This document shows, one piece after another, positions 7,747 to 16,653 of a stretch of 64,000 nucleotides of DNA. The notes beneath the pieces were generated by a model. It was not told where the DNA came from and did not search any database. It saw nothing but the letters and a program-made list of their open reading frames with translations. The first letter of the stretch is position 1. Each line of letters begins with the position of its first letter. The stretch covers positions 1 through 64,000 of IMG/VR virus record IMGVR_UViG_3300032007_000006. The stretch is one strand, 5' to 3'. Made by a program: the position numbers and the translations under genes. The DNA is from a virus. Taxonomy: Duplodnaviria > Heunggongvirae > Uroviricota > Caudoviricetes.

Positions 7747-8025
7747 CTACTTTAGACCAAGTTCCGACATGGTCTTTGCAGTATAGTGCCACCAGCCTTC
7801 ATCATCAAAGACTAGATAGCCTCTGGATTCAAGATCAACGGTTTCCTCGCCATAGACGTCCTCTATTCCTTCTATTTCTATGGCGTAGTCCCATGCTCTG
7901 GACTCCTTTTTGCACTGGTCATCAAAGACTTCCGTCTCTGCATCATCATCCCAGCGGGTGATTCTGTGATTGAAGTGCCTGTCATGGAACATCGAGAGAA
8001 CCTTGCGGTCCTTGGGTGAAAGCAT
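7747..8025 (-). CDS. hypothetical protein, winged-helix-like
   Basis: SD AGGAGGAGG; LSPKDRKVL...LESRGYL...WHYT. Confidence 0.75.
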   Translation of the reverse strand: MLSPKDRKVLSMFHDRHFNHRITRWDDDAETEVFDDQCKKESRAWDYAIEIEGIEDVYGEETVDLESRGYLVFDDEGWWHYTAKTMSELGLK

Positions 8026-8079
8026 TGCCTCCTCCTAAGCGTTGTTGAAATTTCAGTCAAGAAGCCTCTTGACAAATGC

Positions 8080-8108
8080 AGAATAGCAAAGAGTGGACTT
8101 TTTGTCAA
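8080..8108 (-). promoter_or_regulatory. sigma70-type early promoter
   Basis: TTGACA-17bp-TATTCT, extended TG. Confidence 0.8.
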
Positions 8109-8165
8109 GAGAAAGGCTCCATCTTCTGGAGCCTTTTGATTTTCTGAAGATGAAAGTAGCTGAAT

Positions 8166-8582
8166 CTACATTCTGGCCTTGACCCATCTCTTCACTTCGG
8201 CTGGATCATCAAAGATGTTTGTATCGGCATTGCTTCCAAGTTTCTTCCAGGCCTTCTGGACGTCTGCTGGCTTTGCTCCAAGAATCTTTGTCAGTTCAGC
8301 AATGAGAAGATTGGGATCAACGTCTAGAGGACTGCCAGTGGCCTTGTCCGTGAGCAGTTTTGTCCACAGCTTTCTGTCGCCAAGGTCGAGGGCCACTGCA
8401 ACGTCCTTCCATGTGGTGTCGGATTCTTCATTTTTGTTGAAGGTTTTGTTTATCCAGACAGCAATTCCTTCCTTCATTCTTGCTGGCTGAGCCGGCTTCA
8501 TTCCAGAAAGTCCCTCTCTGGCCATTGTATTGAGCTGTACGCCAAATCTGGCTTCATTGAGGTATTGCGTATATGTTTTCAT
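8166..8582 (-). CDS. putative internal head (ejected) protein
   Basis: N-terminus MKTYTQYLNEA closely matches T4 IPII/IPIII MKTYQEFIAE; terminator hairpin 8113-8136 downstream. Confidence 0.75.
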   Translation of the reverse strand: MKTYTQYLNEARFGVQLNTMAREGLSGMKPAQPARMKEGIAVWINKTFNKNEESDTTWKDVAVALDLGDRKLWTKLLTDKATGSPLDVDPNLLIAELTKILGAKPADVQKAWKKLGSNADTNIFDDPAEVKRWVKARM

Positions 8583-8600
8583 ATTTTCTCCATTTAGTCT

Positions 8601-9392
8601 TTATTTTCTTCCAAAAATCTTGATCAGCTTGTCCGATGGAAGAAATGCGGCTGGATTTCCAAGCACTGCGGCATCCTTTCTGTGGTATCTGACAGGCTTC
8701 AGAAGAATTTTCTTCTTTCCATTGACAAATGCATTTGCTTCCAGCTTCCATTCAAAGTCAAAGCTTTCCTTGTTGAAGTATCCTTCCAGAGAGTCCCTTT
8801 CCTTGTAGGCCTTTCTGTCGCTGTTGCCAGTAAAGGAGACTATGATGGAAACGCTTTTGTCCTGGCTTGTGAAGATGGCCTTCATCCATGGCTCCTTTGT
8901 CTCTTCAAACTTCAGTCCCTGCGTTGTTGTTATCTCCGAAGTGAACTTCTGATGGACGAATTCTTCAAGATATGAACGGACTGCATCCTGCCTTAGGCTT
9001 GAATTGAAGAAGGTGAGCATGTGCAGTCGCATTTTTCTGCACACTTCCTCCTTCGGAAGCTCTGGTGGAACTTCTCCCTTGGGGAAGGTCTTTCCATACT
9101 TTCTCCAGCAGTGCATTCCACCAAATCCCTTGGTTCTGACTGGTCCACTGGCTCCAAACGTGACGTTTCTAATGGAGCCACCGATGTTCTTCTTCAGTAT
9201 GTCGTTGGCGGCATTGATTTCCTTCATCTTGTCAAGGCTGCCACCCCTGTCTGGATGGCACTTCAAGGCCAGTTTCTTGTGAAGCCTTCTCAATTCGTCG
9301 GAAGTCTTTGGAAATTCGGCCAGTCCGAATATCTTCAAGGCTTCCTGCGGGGTCATCATGGCTTCCATCAGCCAGTCATGAAATGATTTCAT
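8601..9392 (-). CDS. J-domain (DnaJ-like) protein with capsid-targeting-like N-terminus
   Basis: ALKIFGL...ELRRLHKKLALKCHPDRGGS...MKEINAANDIL J-domain with HPD; N-term MKSFHDWLMEA; GTAAATA at 9417-9423. Confidence 0.9.
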   Translation of the reverse strand: MKSFHDWLMEAMMTPQEALKIFGLAEFPKTSDELRRLHKKLALKCHPDRGGSLDKMKEINAANDILKKNIGGSIRNVTFGASGPVRTKGFGGMHCWRKYGKTFPKGEVPPELPKEEVCRKMRLHMLTFFNSSLRQDAVRSYLEEFVHQKFTSEITTTQGLKFEETKEPWMKAIFTSQDKSVSIIVSFTGNSDRKAYKERDSLEGYFNKESFDFEWKLEANAFVNGKKKILLKPVRYHRKDAAVLGNPAAFLPSDKLIKIFGRK

Positions 9393-9446
9393 TGAATATT
9401 GCTTGAGTGCATGAAATATTTACGCGGCATTGCAATGAATTGAAGA

Positions 9447-10214
9447 CTAGATTGCATAGATGGCCAGCCATCCACGATTGCCAGCCAATGATGGCTTCAT
9501 GTAGAAGTGGCAGTAGTCATTTTCAGTTTTGCCGCACATTTTGACGCCACCAATTACGCTACGGGGATCTTCCGTGAATCCTGCTTTGAGGAATCTGGCC
9601 TTAATATCATTGTGCATGGCGTCTGCATCGGCAGACTTCTTGAATACTACTGGAACTTCCTTGGCATATGTGCTGTAGGACCAGGGATATCTTGAATATT
9701 TTGGATGGTAGAGGCTGTAGGAGTCAATTTTGAATTTATTGCATGATGCATCAATGATGTCGGACACCTTTTCCGCAAATTCTTCTGAAGTGCTTTCTGG
9801 ATAGAAGCAGCACCATTTTGCGTTGTATGACCATTCTGGCCAGCCAAAGTCAAGTTTAACGCCAAACTTTCTAGGGATGCTGTTGGCATCCAATGAAGCA
9901 AATTCAAGCGTAAAGGACTTGCTGGATATTGACGTTGACGTTCCCTTGTATTCATTGGAAAGGGCCTTGGAAACATTCTTGGCCATTGCAGAAATTTCCG
10001 ACTTGGTGGGCAGTTCGGTATTCTGCCATTTAACCTGAACGCCTCGGCTCTTGTCTATTGCTCTCTTGTCGATCCATGAGATGACTTTCAGCTTGTCTTT
10101 GAGAGCGGTTTCTACTGTCTTGACTACCGAAAGCCTTGGATTTAGAAGTCTCAGCTTTGGAATTCCCGCTTCATCAATTCTAGTTTCTTTTACATATTCA
10201 GCAAACGTATGCAT
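9447..10214 (-). CDS. putative internal head protein
   Basis: Start refined to MHTFAEYVKE..IDEA (or 10226) downstream of GTAAATA at 10238-10244; the longer track ORF overlaps phoH. Confidence 0.7.
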   Translation of the reverse strand: MHTFAEYVKETRIDEAGIPKLRLLNPRLSVVKTVETALKDKLKVISWIDKRAIDKSRGVQVKWQNTELPTKSEISAMAKNVSKALSNEYKGTSTSISSKSFTLEFASLDANSIPRKFGVKLDFGWPEWSYNAKWCCFYPESTSEEFAEKVSDIIDASCNKFKIDSYSLYHPKYSRYPWSYSTYAKEVPVVFKKSADADAMHNDIKARFLKAGFTEDPRSVIGGVKMCGKTENDYCHFYMKPSLAGNRGWLAIYAI

Positions 10215-10339
10215 GGTTGTTGTCATTTTAATTTCATTATTTACGTTCATTTTCATAGCTTTTGTGGTTTTATTGACTGGTTTCATATTGCGTGAAGATT
10301 TAATGCTTATTTTGTAAATATTTCTGAACAAATTGGACG

Positions 10340-11119
10340 ATGATGGGAAAACGCACCGTAATAATGCATGAAACTTATGACGAAACCCTCGAACCCCCTG
10401 CGGAAGAGCGCAGGAGGAAGTCCAAAAAGATAGAAAAACTTGAGAGAAGGCGGGAGAAGTTCGCCGAAGAAAAGAAATGGTCATTTGAATTGAAGCCGAA
10501 GACCGAAAACCAGAGACTGGCAATGCAGTATTTTGCCAGCAAGCCGATGGTTGTGCTTGAAGGCTCTGCTGGTTCTGGAAAGTCTACGCTGGCCACGGCA
10601 TGGGCCTGCAGAAAGCTGGTTGATGGCTCCTTTGAAAGATTCGTTGTGACAAGAAACGCAATTGGAATTGGAAAGTCGGTTGGCTTCTTTCCTGGCACGG
10701 CTACTGAGAAATGCTCAATATGGATGGCCAACGTGCTTGGAATGTGTCGTGGATTCGTTGGAAAGGGTACTGTTGATCTCTGGATGAAGGGAGAAAGTCC
10801 AAAGCTGGTTCTTGAGCCAACGGAGATACTGCGTGGACAGTCATTTGAGAACACAATGGTTCTTGTGGAGGAGGCGCAGCAGCTTTCAATTGAAGAAATC
10901 AAGTGCATCTCAACCAGACTTGGAGAAAACAGCCTAATGGTCTTCACTGGAGACACAAGACAGAGAGACATACACACAAACGGACTGGAGTCATTCTGCA
11001 GGCTGGTGGAGAGAAATCACATAGATGAAGTTGGAGTGGTCAGATTCACTGACGACGACATAGTCCGTTCAGGACTGGTACGCAAATTGGTAAAGATGTT
11101 CAATAAGGAAGGAATATAG
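10340..11119 (+). CDS. phoH: PhoH-family ATPase
   Basis: PKTENQ, GSAGSGKS, GFFPG, LRGQSF, EEAQQ, TRLGE, GDTRQRD, DIVRSGLV motifs. Confidence 0.95.
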   Translation: MMGKRTVIMHETYDETLEPPAEERRRKSKKIEKLERRREKFAEEKKWSFELKPKTENQRLAMQYFASKPMVVLEGSAGSGKSTLATAWACRKLVDGSFERFVVTRNAIGIGKSVGFFPGTATEKCSIWMANVLGMCRGFVGKGTVDLWMKGESPKLVLEPTEILRGQSFENTMVLVEEAQQLSIEEIKCISTRLGENSLMVFTGDTRQRDIHTNGLESFCRLVERNHIDEVGVVRFTDDDIVRSGLVRKLVKMFNKEGI

Positions 11120-11128
11120 CATAGAAGA

Positions 11129-11152
11129 GAGGGGAGCAATATTGCTCCCCTC
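11129..11152. terminator. 24-bp perfect palindrome, bidirectional terminator
   Basis: GAGGGGAGCAATATTGCTCCCCTC between convergent genes. Confidence 0.7.
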
Positions 11153-11159
11153 ATTATTT

Positions 11160-11528
11160 CTATTCGGCTTCGTCATCCATCTCAAATTCATCTGGATTGG
11201 TGGACATAAGCCAGTTGGCAAAATGCGTTGCAAGACGCTTGCGGACAGACATCATTCCCTGATCATCATCAGTGCCTCTGGCGATTGCTTCAAGTTCCAC
11301 TGCAACTCTGATGCCAAATTCGCTGATTGCATCATCATCCGAAATCTGAATCATCTGCACAACTGCATTTTCAGCAATGGCGCTGTCGATTGCGTCATCG
11401 AACACGTCAATTTCATCTTCTACCCCGAGATGGTTCTCAACGTATTTCACCATGTCATCGGCAACAAAGGCTACAAGAGCGTCAGCACGTTCATGACCGA
11501 GCATTGCTTCAAGAACTGAATTTTCCAT
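11160..11528 (-). CDS. acidic helical protein (paralog of 16846-17229)
   Basis: Very D/E-rich; alignable by eye to the 16846 gene. Confidence 0.75.
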   Translation of the reverse strand: MENSVLEAMLGHERADALVAFVADDMVKYVENHLGVEDEIDVFDDAIDSAIAENAVVQMIQISDDDAISEFGIRVAVELEAIARGTDDDQGMMSVRKRLATHFANWLMSTNPDEFEMDDEAE

Positions 11529-11535
11529 ATGCCTT

Positions 11536-11946
11536 CTATTCTCCTAATCCGTCAATAATCAACGGTTCGCTTTTCTTCTTTGATGGCTTGAACCATATTT
11601 CAACGTTTCCAATGTCTGATCTTCCTGGCTTTATTCCCGCTTCTGGTTCAGAGCGTCTTATTGAACCAGGACTTTCAACCCTTGCGAATGCTATCCACTC
11701 TTCAGGCTGGACTTTCCTTTTCCAGTGCTTGACAAAGCCATCAAAGGTTTCGCGTCCAATGTCAAGAGTGGTCTGCATCCATCCATTTCTGTTCTTCAGT
11801 TCTGCAATGAAGAGAAGCAGATCGGCTTCTGATGGATTTCCGCCAGGAAGACTCAGTCTGTATGACCAGACTCCGCTTGGACCAGCAAATGATCCCTTGC
11901 ATATTCCGTTGTTCTTGTAGGCCATCCATTCTGAAAGCGTCTTCAT
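11536..11946 (-). CDS. hypothetical protein with capsid-targeting-like N-terminus
   Basis: MKTLSEWM; GTAAATA box at 11966-11972. Confidence 0.7.
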   Translation of the reverse strand: MKTLSEWMAYKNNGICKGSFAGPSGVWSYRLSLPGGNPSEADLLLFIAELKNRNGWMQTTLDIGRETFDGFVKHWKRKVQPEEWIAFARVESPGSIRRSEPEAGIKPGRSDIGNVEIWFKPSKKKSEPLIIDGLGE

Positions 11947-12121
11947 TGCAGTATTCTGAATAGAATATTTACTTTATTTGAAATTTTCGGCCATCCAGTC
12001 GGCCGCCCAGATAAAGAGCCATCCAACTGCAAGACCAGTTCCAATTGCACCGGCAGTAAAAAGCATTCCATAGCCTCTATTGAATGATATTTGTAAGAGG
12101 CTATGGAATGCTTTTTGCGTT

Positions 12122-12553
12122 CTATCCAAGATGCTTGTGAGTTGTTCCAAACTCCTCATCTATGGCTTCAACTGGATCCTTGAAGGTCTCTGGATCTTCA
12201 TCCCAGATTGCAGACGCCTTTCCTTCATCTCTTTCTTCAAGGTCATAGAGGGAGTTCTCCGCAGTCACTATTCTTGTGGTTCCAGTCTTTAGTTCAGATG
12301 GACGAAATCGCCACCAGGTATACTCCTGAATGTCCCTGCATATGCGCCTTCTGTCTGCCGCCTTGAGATCATCCGTTATTGGATAGAGTCGAAGAATGGA
12401 ATCACTGTTGACGGCCTTCATTCCAAGTCCCTTCAGCTGCGGACAGGAGTCAATCGCCTTTGCAATGCGATTTTTAATGTCTTCAACGTCTGTTCCCTGC
12501 ACGACAAAGGAAGAAGAGGAGCTGTTGGAGACGAAGCAGGTTCTGAATTTCAT
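12122..12553 (-). CDS. FVSNSSSSSF-motif protein 4
   Basis: MKFRTCFVSNSSSSSFVV. Confidence 0.85.
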   Translation of the reverse strand: MKFRTCFVSNSSSSSFVVQGTDVEDIKNRIAKAIDSCPQLKGLGMKAVNSDSILRLYPITDDLKAADRRRICRDIQEYTWWRFRPSELKTGTTRIVTAENSLYDLEERDEGKASAIWDEDPETFKDPVEAIDEEFGTTHKHLG

Positions 12554-12554
12554 T

Positions 12555-13046
12555 CTACGACATCCTTATTGGCTGGCATGTTCCAAGCCGATCTGCAATG
12601 ACCGTTCCAGGAGACCATTCCTCGCCATTTTCATCTTTAATCCAGCCAAAGAAGTCTCTGAAGGCATTCTCCCGTTCAACCATTACGGCTATCTTCTCCT
12701 TTGACTTCTGAAAGACGAATTCCTCTGAAAGAGTTTCTTCAACCCATGATTCATCGGAATAGCATTCTTCGGCCATCTGCTTGATGTTGCTCTTCCACTG
12801 ACCACGTCCAATGCCATTGCCAAAGTTGAAGAACTCGACGTTGCCCTTCCAATCAAAGAACTTTCTTGCATTCCTTTCTGCAATGGCCTCTGCATTGGGA
12901 CGATCCCTTTCGGAAGGAGTCATCTTGTCCAGCAGAATCTGCTTTCCACACTGAATGGCCTTCTCCTTCAGCGTTTCGGCATCCATATCATGAATGATGA
13001 AGGATGAAGATGAAGAATTTGACACAAAGCACGAACGCATCTTCAT
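12555..13046 (-). CDS. FVSNSSSSSF-motif protein 3
   Basis: MKMRSCFVSNSSSSSFII. Confidence 0.85.
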   Translation of the reverse strand: MKMRSCFVSNSSSSSFIIHDMDAETLKEKAIQCGKQILLDKMTPSERDRPNAEAIAERNARKFFDWKGNVEFFNFGNGIGRGQWKSNIKQMAEECYSDESWVEETLSEEFVFQKSKEKIAVMVERENAFRDFFGWIKDENGEEWSPGTVIADRLGTCQPIRMS

Positions 13047-13057
13047 TGCATTTTCCT

Positions 13058-13396
13058 CTAGTTGTCTCGTTCAAGAACCTTGAAGCTGGGAATGACTTCT
13101 TCAAGACGCTCCATGACATTTTCTGCGCCATATTCAACTTCAATGTCAAAAATGTAGGAATGCTCTTCTTTGGCCTTGTTTTGATAGGCTTCCAGTTTCA
13201 GCCTGTATTCCTTGAGCCATCTGGCAAAGTCTTGATCGTCAGGATTTCGTTTCAGAAATCCCTCATAGTCCTTGATCTGCTCATTCAGATAGTCAATCTT
13301 GACTGCACTGCCCTCATCAATGCCTTTTGGCCTGTCTATGGACACAATGAATGAAGAACTGGAGCTGTTGGACACAAAGCAGGTTCTAAGTTTCAT
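13058..13396 (-). CDS. FVSNSSSSSF-motif protein 2
   Basis: MKLRTCFVSNSSSSSFIV. Confidence 0.85.
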   Translation of the reverse strand: MKLRTCFVSNSSSSSFIVSIDRPKGIDEGSAVKIDYLNEQIKDYEGFLKRNPDDQDFARWLKEYRLKLEAYQNKAKEEHSYIFDIEVEYGAENVMERLEEVIPSFKVLERDN

Positions 13397-13399
13397 GAT

Positions 13400-13741
13400 C
13401 TACTCTTCTTCGCTTTTAAGAACGTGAAAGTCTGGAAGAATGCTTCTAAGCTGGTCTATAACGTCCTCTGCACCATATGGAATGTTCAAGTCAAACACAT
13501 AGGCCTTGTTTTCTGCGGCATACTTTTTATAGAATTGAATCTTTTCTTCAATCCTTTTGCATTCCTCCCGAGAGACTTCATCATTTGGATTGTTCTTCAA
13601 CCAATGACTCTCATCAGACAGCATGTCGGACAGTCGTCTAAGATTCACTGCACCATAGTCATCTATGTCCTCGGGACGTCGCATAGACACTATAAAAGAG
13701 GAGCTGGAGCTGTTGGAGACAAAACAGGTTCTAATTTTCAT
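13400..13741 (-). CDS. FVSNSSSSSF-motif protein 1
   Basis: Start refined to MKIRTCFVSNSSSSSFIV; full-length paralog of the 13058 gene. Confidence 0.85.
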   Translation of the reverse strand: MKIRTCFVSNSSSSSFIVSMRRPEDIDDYGAVNLRRLSDMLSDESHWLKNNPNDEVSREECKRIEEKIQFYKKYAAENKAYVFDLNIPYGAEDVIDQLRSILPDFHVLKSEEE

Positions 13742-13880
13742 CATGTCCTTCCTGGTCAATGAAGACCTCTTCCTCTTCAGGCTCAACCTCTTCAGAAAGA
13801 ATGAGGCCTTCTGCCTTGAGATTGGAAATTTCTGCCTTGAAAGCTTCAAGAGAAAAGTTTCCTTCGTTCCAGCCGTTCAT
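13731..13880 (-). CDS. acidic microprotein (49 aa, not in ORF track)
   Basis: SD AAGGAG; MNGWNEGNFSLEAFKAEISNLKAEGLILSEEVEPEEEEVFIDQEGHDEN. Confidence 0.7.
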   Translation of the reverse strand: MNGWNEGNFSLEAFKAEISNLKAEGLILSEEVEPEEEEVFIDQEGHDEN

Positions 13881-13937
13881 TTTATGCTCCTTTGCCACTA
13901 TGTGGCGGAAAGATGTCTTTTCGCTTGCTATGGCTAC

Positions 13938-13966
13938 TTTCTAGCATAGACCGGCCAAAGTGTCAA
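13938..13966 (-). promoter_or_regulatory. sigma70-type early promoter
   Basis: TTGACA-17bp-TAGAAA, extended TG. Confidence 0.7.
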
Positions 13967-13977
13967 TAAATTTTCTC

Positions 13978-14388
13978 CTATGCCGACATGAGAACCTTTG
14001 GGCCTCTAGACTGCTTTTCGTGCCGTCCAGTTCTAACAGGCTTGGAACGGCTTTTCTTCTTCAATATTCGGCCTTCCCTTGCAAGCTTGGCATGCATTTT
14101 CCTGCCCTTTGCAGTCAAGTGCCATCCATCCTCGGCCTTGAGTATTGCTCCAGCCCATTCAAGACGTTCAAGCACATTGGCACGACCATTAAGTTCATCA
14201 AATGAAGCCATCCAGGCATATGCATTTTTTTCTTCCATGGACCAGGTGGAAGATTCATAGAACCAGCTGAATCCATCAATCTTCCGCTTGAACTGCCCCA
14301 GCACGAGAACTTCCTCTCTGGTGAATATTCTCGTGCTGAACTTTCTTGTCCGACAGTGCCTGATTTCCTGCATGCGCCAGTCAAGCAT
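13978..14388 (-). CDS. winged-helix-like hypothetical protein
   Basis: LERLEWAGAI...WHLTAKGRK; basic tail. Confidence 0.75.
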   Translation of the reverse strand: MLDWRMQEIRHCRTRKFSTRIFTREEVLVLGQFKRKIDGFSWFYESSTWSMEEKNAYAWMASFDELNGRANVLERLEWAGAILKAEDGWHLTAKGRKMHAKLAREGRILKKKSRSKPVRTGRHEKQSRGPKVLMSA

Positions 14389-14399
14389 TCAATGTCTCC

Positions 14400-14942
14400 C
14401 TATTCTTCTTGCAGATGACATTCCTTATAGGCAATAGCATGAAGATGGTTGTATATGTCCTGATAGACATAGGACTTGATTGTGTTCCAGTTTTGCGGAC
14501 CAGACATTTTCATCATCATTCGCATGTCTATCTTGGCCAGAAGGCCACGGAACGAAGCAAGGTCATAGTGATCGAAGTCCATGATCCAGCAGGAATGGCC
14601 GTCATAGATGTTGTCTATGGCTTCATTGGAAATGAACTTGCGAATCCATTCGTTGACCGTGTCAACAGTTTCGGCCACAGGAGAGGAAGTGGCCGGAATG
14701 AACTTTTCTTCCAGTGCAGTTTTGGCCGTATTGTTTTCAATCATGTCATCCATGTCGATTTCAGAGCAGTCGATGAATGACACCTCGCGGTTCTTCTGCA
14801 TGTATTCCTTGATAAAGGAAGGATAGAAGCCGCGTTCATAGTGCATGGCCAGAAGATATTCCACTATGCTGTCAATGAATTCGACAACATATCCAGCATC
14901 GCTATCAGTGGGAACATAGTTGACTTTCATCATTTCTTCCAT
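14400..14942 (-). CDS. hypothetical protein
   Basis: 180-aa ORF, SD AAGGAG. Confidence 0.8.
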   Translation of the reverse strand: MEEMMKVNYVPTDSDAGYVVEFIDSIVEYLLAMHYERGFYPSFIKEYMQKNREVSFIDCSEIDMDDMIENNTAKTALEEKFIPATSSPVAETVDTVNEWIRKFISNEAIDNIYDGHSCWIMDFDHYDLASFRGLLAKIDMRMMMKMSGPQNWNTIKSYVYQDIYNHLHAIAYKECHLQEE

Positions 14943-14972
14943 GTCATATTCTCCTTTTTGCTTTTGTGAAGT

Positions 14973-15320
14973 CTACCAATGCATGGCAATGGTGCCGTCA
15001 TAGCCAAGGGACACAATGCGGAGAACGCTTTCCAGCGCCCTCTTTGCATTGCCTTCGGTAGCGTCCCAGTAGTTGCTGGTCTCGTCATCACCGAGACGCC
15101 TCATGGCCTCAACAATGAGAGGAATGGCGTCCATGCACTTCATGCCATTAAGAGACTTGATGCCCATTTCATCATGAAAGGCCTTAACGTAGAAGGGAGC
15201 GTAGTTGAAAGTTACGTTCACTTCAAGAGACCAGGAACCACCGAGAGCGTAGGTTCCACCTCTGACATTGTGCTTGATAGGACTGCCCTTGCTGTCAACA
15301 ATCCAGATGTCATAGGACAT
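14973..15320 (-). CDS. conserved phage hypothetical protein (MSYDI..GGTY..NxTxNY family)
   Basis: Start refined after AAGGAGG; MSYDI, GGTYALGG, NVTFNY, YWDATEGNAK motifs. Confidence 0.8.
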   Translation of the reverse strand: MSYDIWIVDSKGSPIKHNVRGGTYALGGSWSLEVNVTFNYAPFYVKAFHDEMGIKSLNGMKCMDAIPLIVEAMRRLGDDETSNYWDATEGNAKRALESVLRIVSLGYDGTIAMHW

Positions 15321-15334
15321 TGCTTCCTCCTTTG

Positions 15335-15601
15335 CTAGATGCGACCAGCTTCCTTCAACGTCTTCCACGCCTTCAAACCTTTGCTTGTCAAGCGGTAGAA
15401 GTCGTCGTCACTGACATACAACCACTCGTCACGCTCCAAGCGATCCAAGTCATCCCAGTTGTCCACTGTACGCATTTCATCAGAGACGCACCAGCATGAC
15501 GCCTCCTTCGTGTACAAACCATCCTCCTCAACAAAGTCAATCATCTTGCTTTCATCATATTCAAACTCGCCAAAGATCTTGATCTCGCTGTTCGTGAACA
15601 T
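15335..15601 (-). CDS. winged-helix-like hypothetical protein
   Basis: LDRLERDEWL...YRLTSKGL. Confidence 0.75.
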   Translation of the reverse strand: MFTNSEIKIFGEFEYDESKMIDFVEEDGLYTKEASCWCVSDEMRTVDNWDDLDRLERDEWLYVSDDDFYRLTSKGLKAWKTLKEAGRI

Positions 15602-15658
15602 GTTCAAGGACTCCTTGAAGGTTGTGGTTTGATGGGTTCTTGCTCTTTTGACAGGACA

Positions 15659-15687
15659 TTTCTAGCATAGGAGGTCAAGAGTGTCAA
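15659..15687 (-). promoter_or_regulatory. sigma70-type early promoter overlapping the 3' end of the upstream gene
   Basis: TTGACA-17bp-TAGAAA, extended TG. Confidence 0.7.
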
Positions 15688-15901
15688 GCATTGGCCTAAA
15701 ATTTTTGGCCTGCTTCGATAAAGAATCATTTCTAAGCCACACAGAAACTCCATCATCTGAAAACACCCTGGCCAGCGAAATAGGAAATTCAACGTCGGCC
15801 TCTGCTTCTGGAGCATAGTCTAAAGAAGAAAGCCATTTGTCGGCCTTGTCATGCGTAGAAAATATCTTGTTCCCATCTGGACACTCAACATATACGCCCA
15901 T
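15662..15901 (-). CDS. hypothetical protein
   Basis: Start refined to MGVYVEC after GAGGAGGAG. Confidence 0.75.
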   Translation of the reverse strand: MGVYVECPDGNKIFSTHDKADKWLSSLDYAPEAEADVEFPISLARVFSDDGVSVWLRNDSLSKQAKNFRPMLDTLDLLC

Positions 15902-15926
15902 GACTCCTCCTCTCTTGACAGCATAG

Positions 15927-15955
15927 TTTCTAGCACAGGCTCTCGAACCTGTCAA
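15927..15955 (-). promoter_or_regulatory. sigma70-type early promoter
   Basis: TTGACA-17bp-TAGAAA, extended TG. Confidence 0.7.
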
Positions 15956-16323
15956 GCGGTTTTTTCGTCCTTTTTCTGCTTCCTTTCCCATCCCTTCCTG
16001 ACCTGCTCGGAAGCCTGCTCCAAAGCGTGGAGGAAGTCTTCCAGATGCTCTCCAGAGCGAAAGATGAAGTCCTCGTCAAGATAGAGGTGACCCTTGAACA
16101 GAAGAAAGCAGGCGCACTTGAGACGCCTCCATAAAATCTTCCACCACTTGGCCTTCCACTCATCGCGCCATCCGCATTCAAAGAACAGAGTGGCAATGGG
16201 AATGCCCATCTCCTCGTCAACTATGACCTTAATGGAGTGATTTTCCACTCCACATTCGCAGGTTGTACGAAATATGACATAGCCTTCATGATCTTTTTCA
16301 ATCTCTATGTTGCTTCGCTCCAT
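15952..16323 (-). CDS. hypothetical phage protein
   Basis: SD AGGAGG; CECG..H and WRRLK motifs. Confidence 0.8.
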   Translation of the reverse strand: MERSNIEIEKDHEGYVIFRTTCECGVENHSIKVIVDEEMGIPIATLFFECGWRDEWKAKWWKILWRRLKCACFLLFKGHLYLDEDFIFRSGEHLEDFLHALEQASEQVRKGWERKQKKDEKTA

Positions 16324-16331
16324 TGCTCCTC

Positions 16332-16631
16332 CTAGAAGGCCTTGAGATCTCCATTGAGATACTGCTTGGCGATGGCTTCAGGAACCTTGGTCATCTTGAC
16401 ATGATCAATGTTGAATTCAAATGCGGCGCATTCTTCGGCCTTAGGATCGCAGGAGGTTGCAACCATCCACTTGAGATGCGTGTCCATGTCTTCAATAATG
16501 ACAGGTTCAAAGACAATCTCCGAACCATGTTCATCAGTAAGCTTCCAGGCCTTGTCGGTATCAACGTCCATTGCGGCCTGTGCAGGAATGGAGAGAGCCA
16601 GAAGAATAATGGAGAAGAGAATGGATTTCAT
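16332..16631 (-). CDS. exported protein with Sec signal peptide
   Basis: Start refined to MKSILFSIILLALSIPAQA-A after AAGGAGG. Confidence 0.8.
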   Translation of the reverse strand: MKSILFSIILLALSIPAQAAMDVDTDKAWKLTDEHGSEIVFEPVIIEDMDTHLKWMVATSCDPKAEECAAFEFNIDHVKMTKVPEAIAKQYLNGDLKAF

Positions 16632-16653
16632 TGAAACCTCCTTGAGTTGCAGA

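Noticed and set aside
10215-10523. Upstream extension of ORF 9447-10523
   Set aside because: It overlaps phoH antisense and the late promoter box; the real start is near 10214-10226
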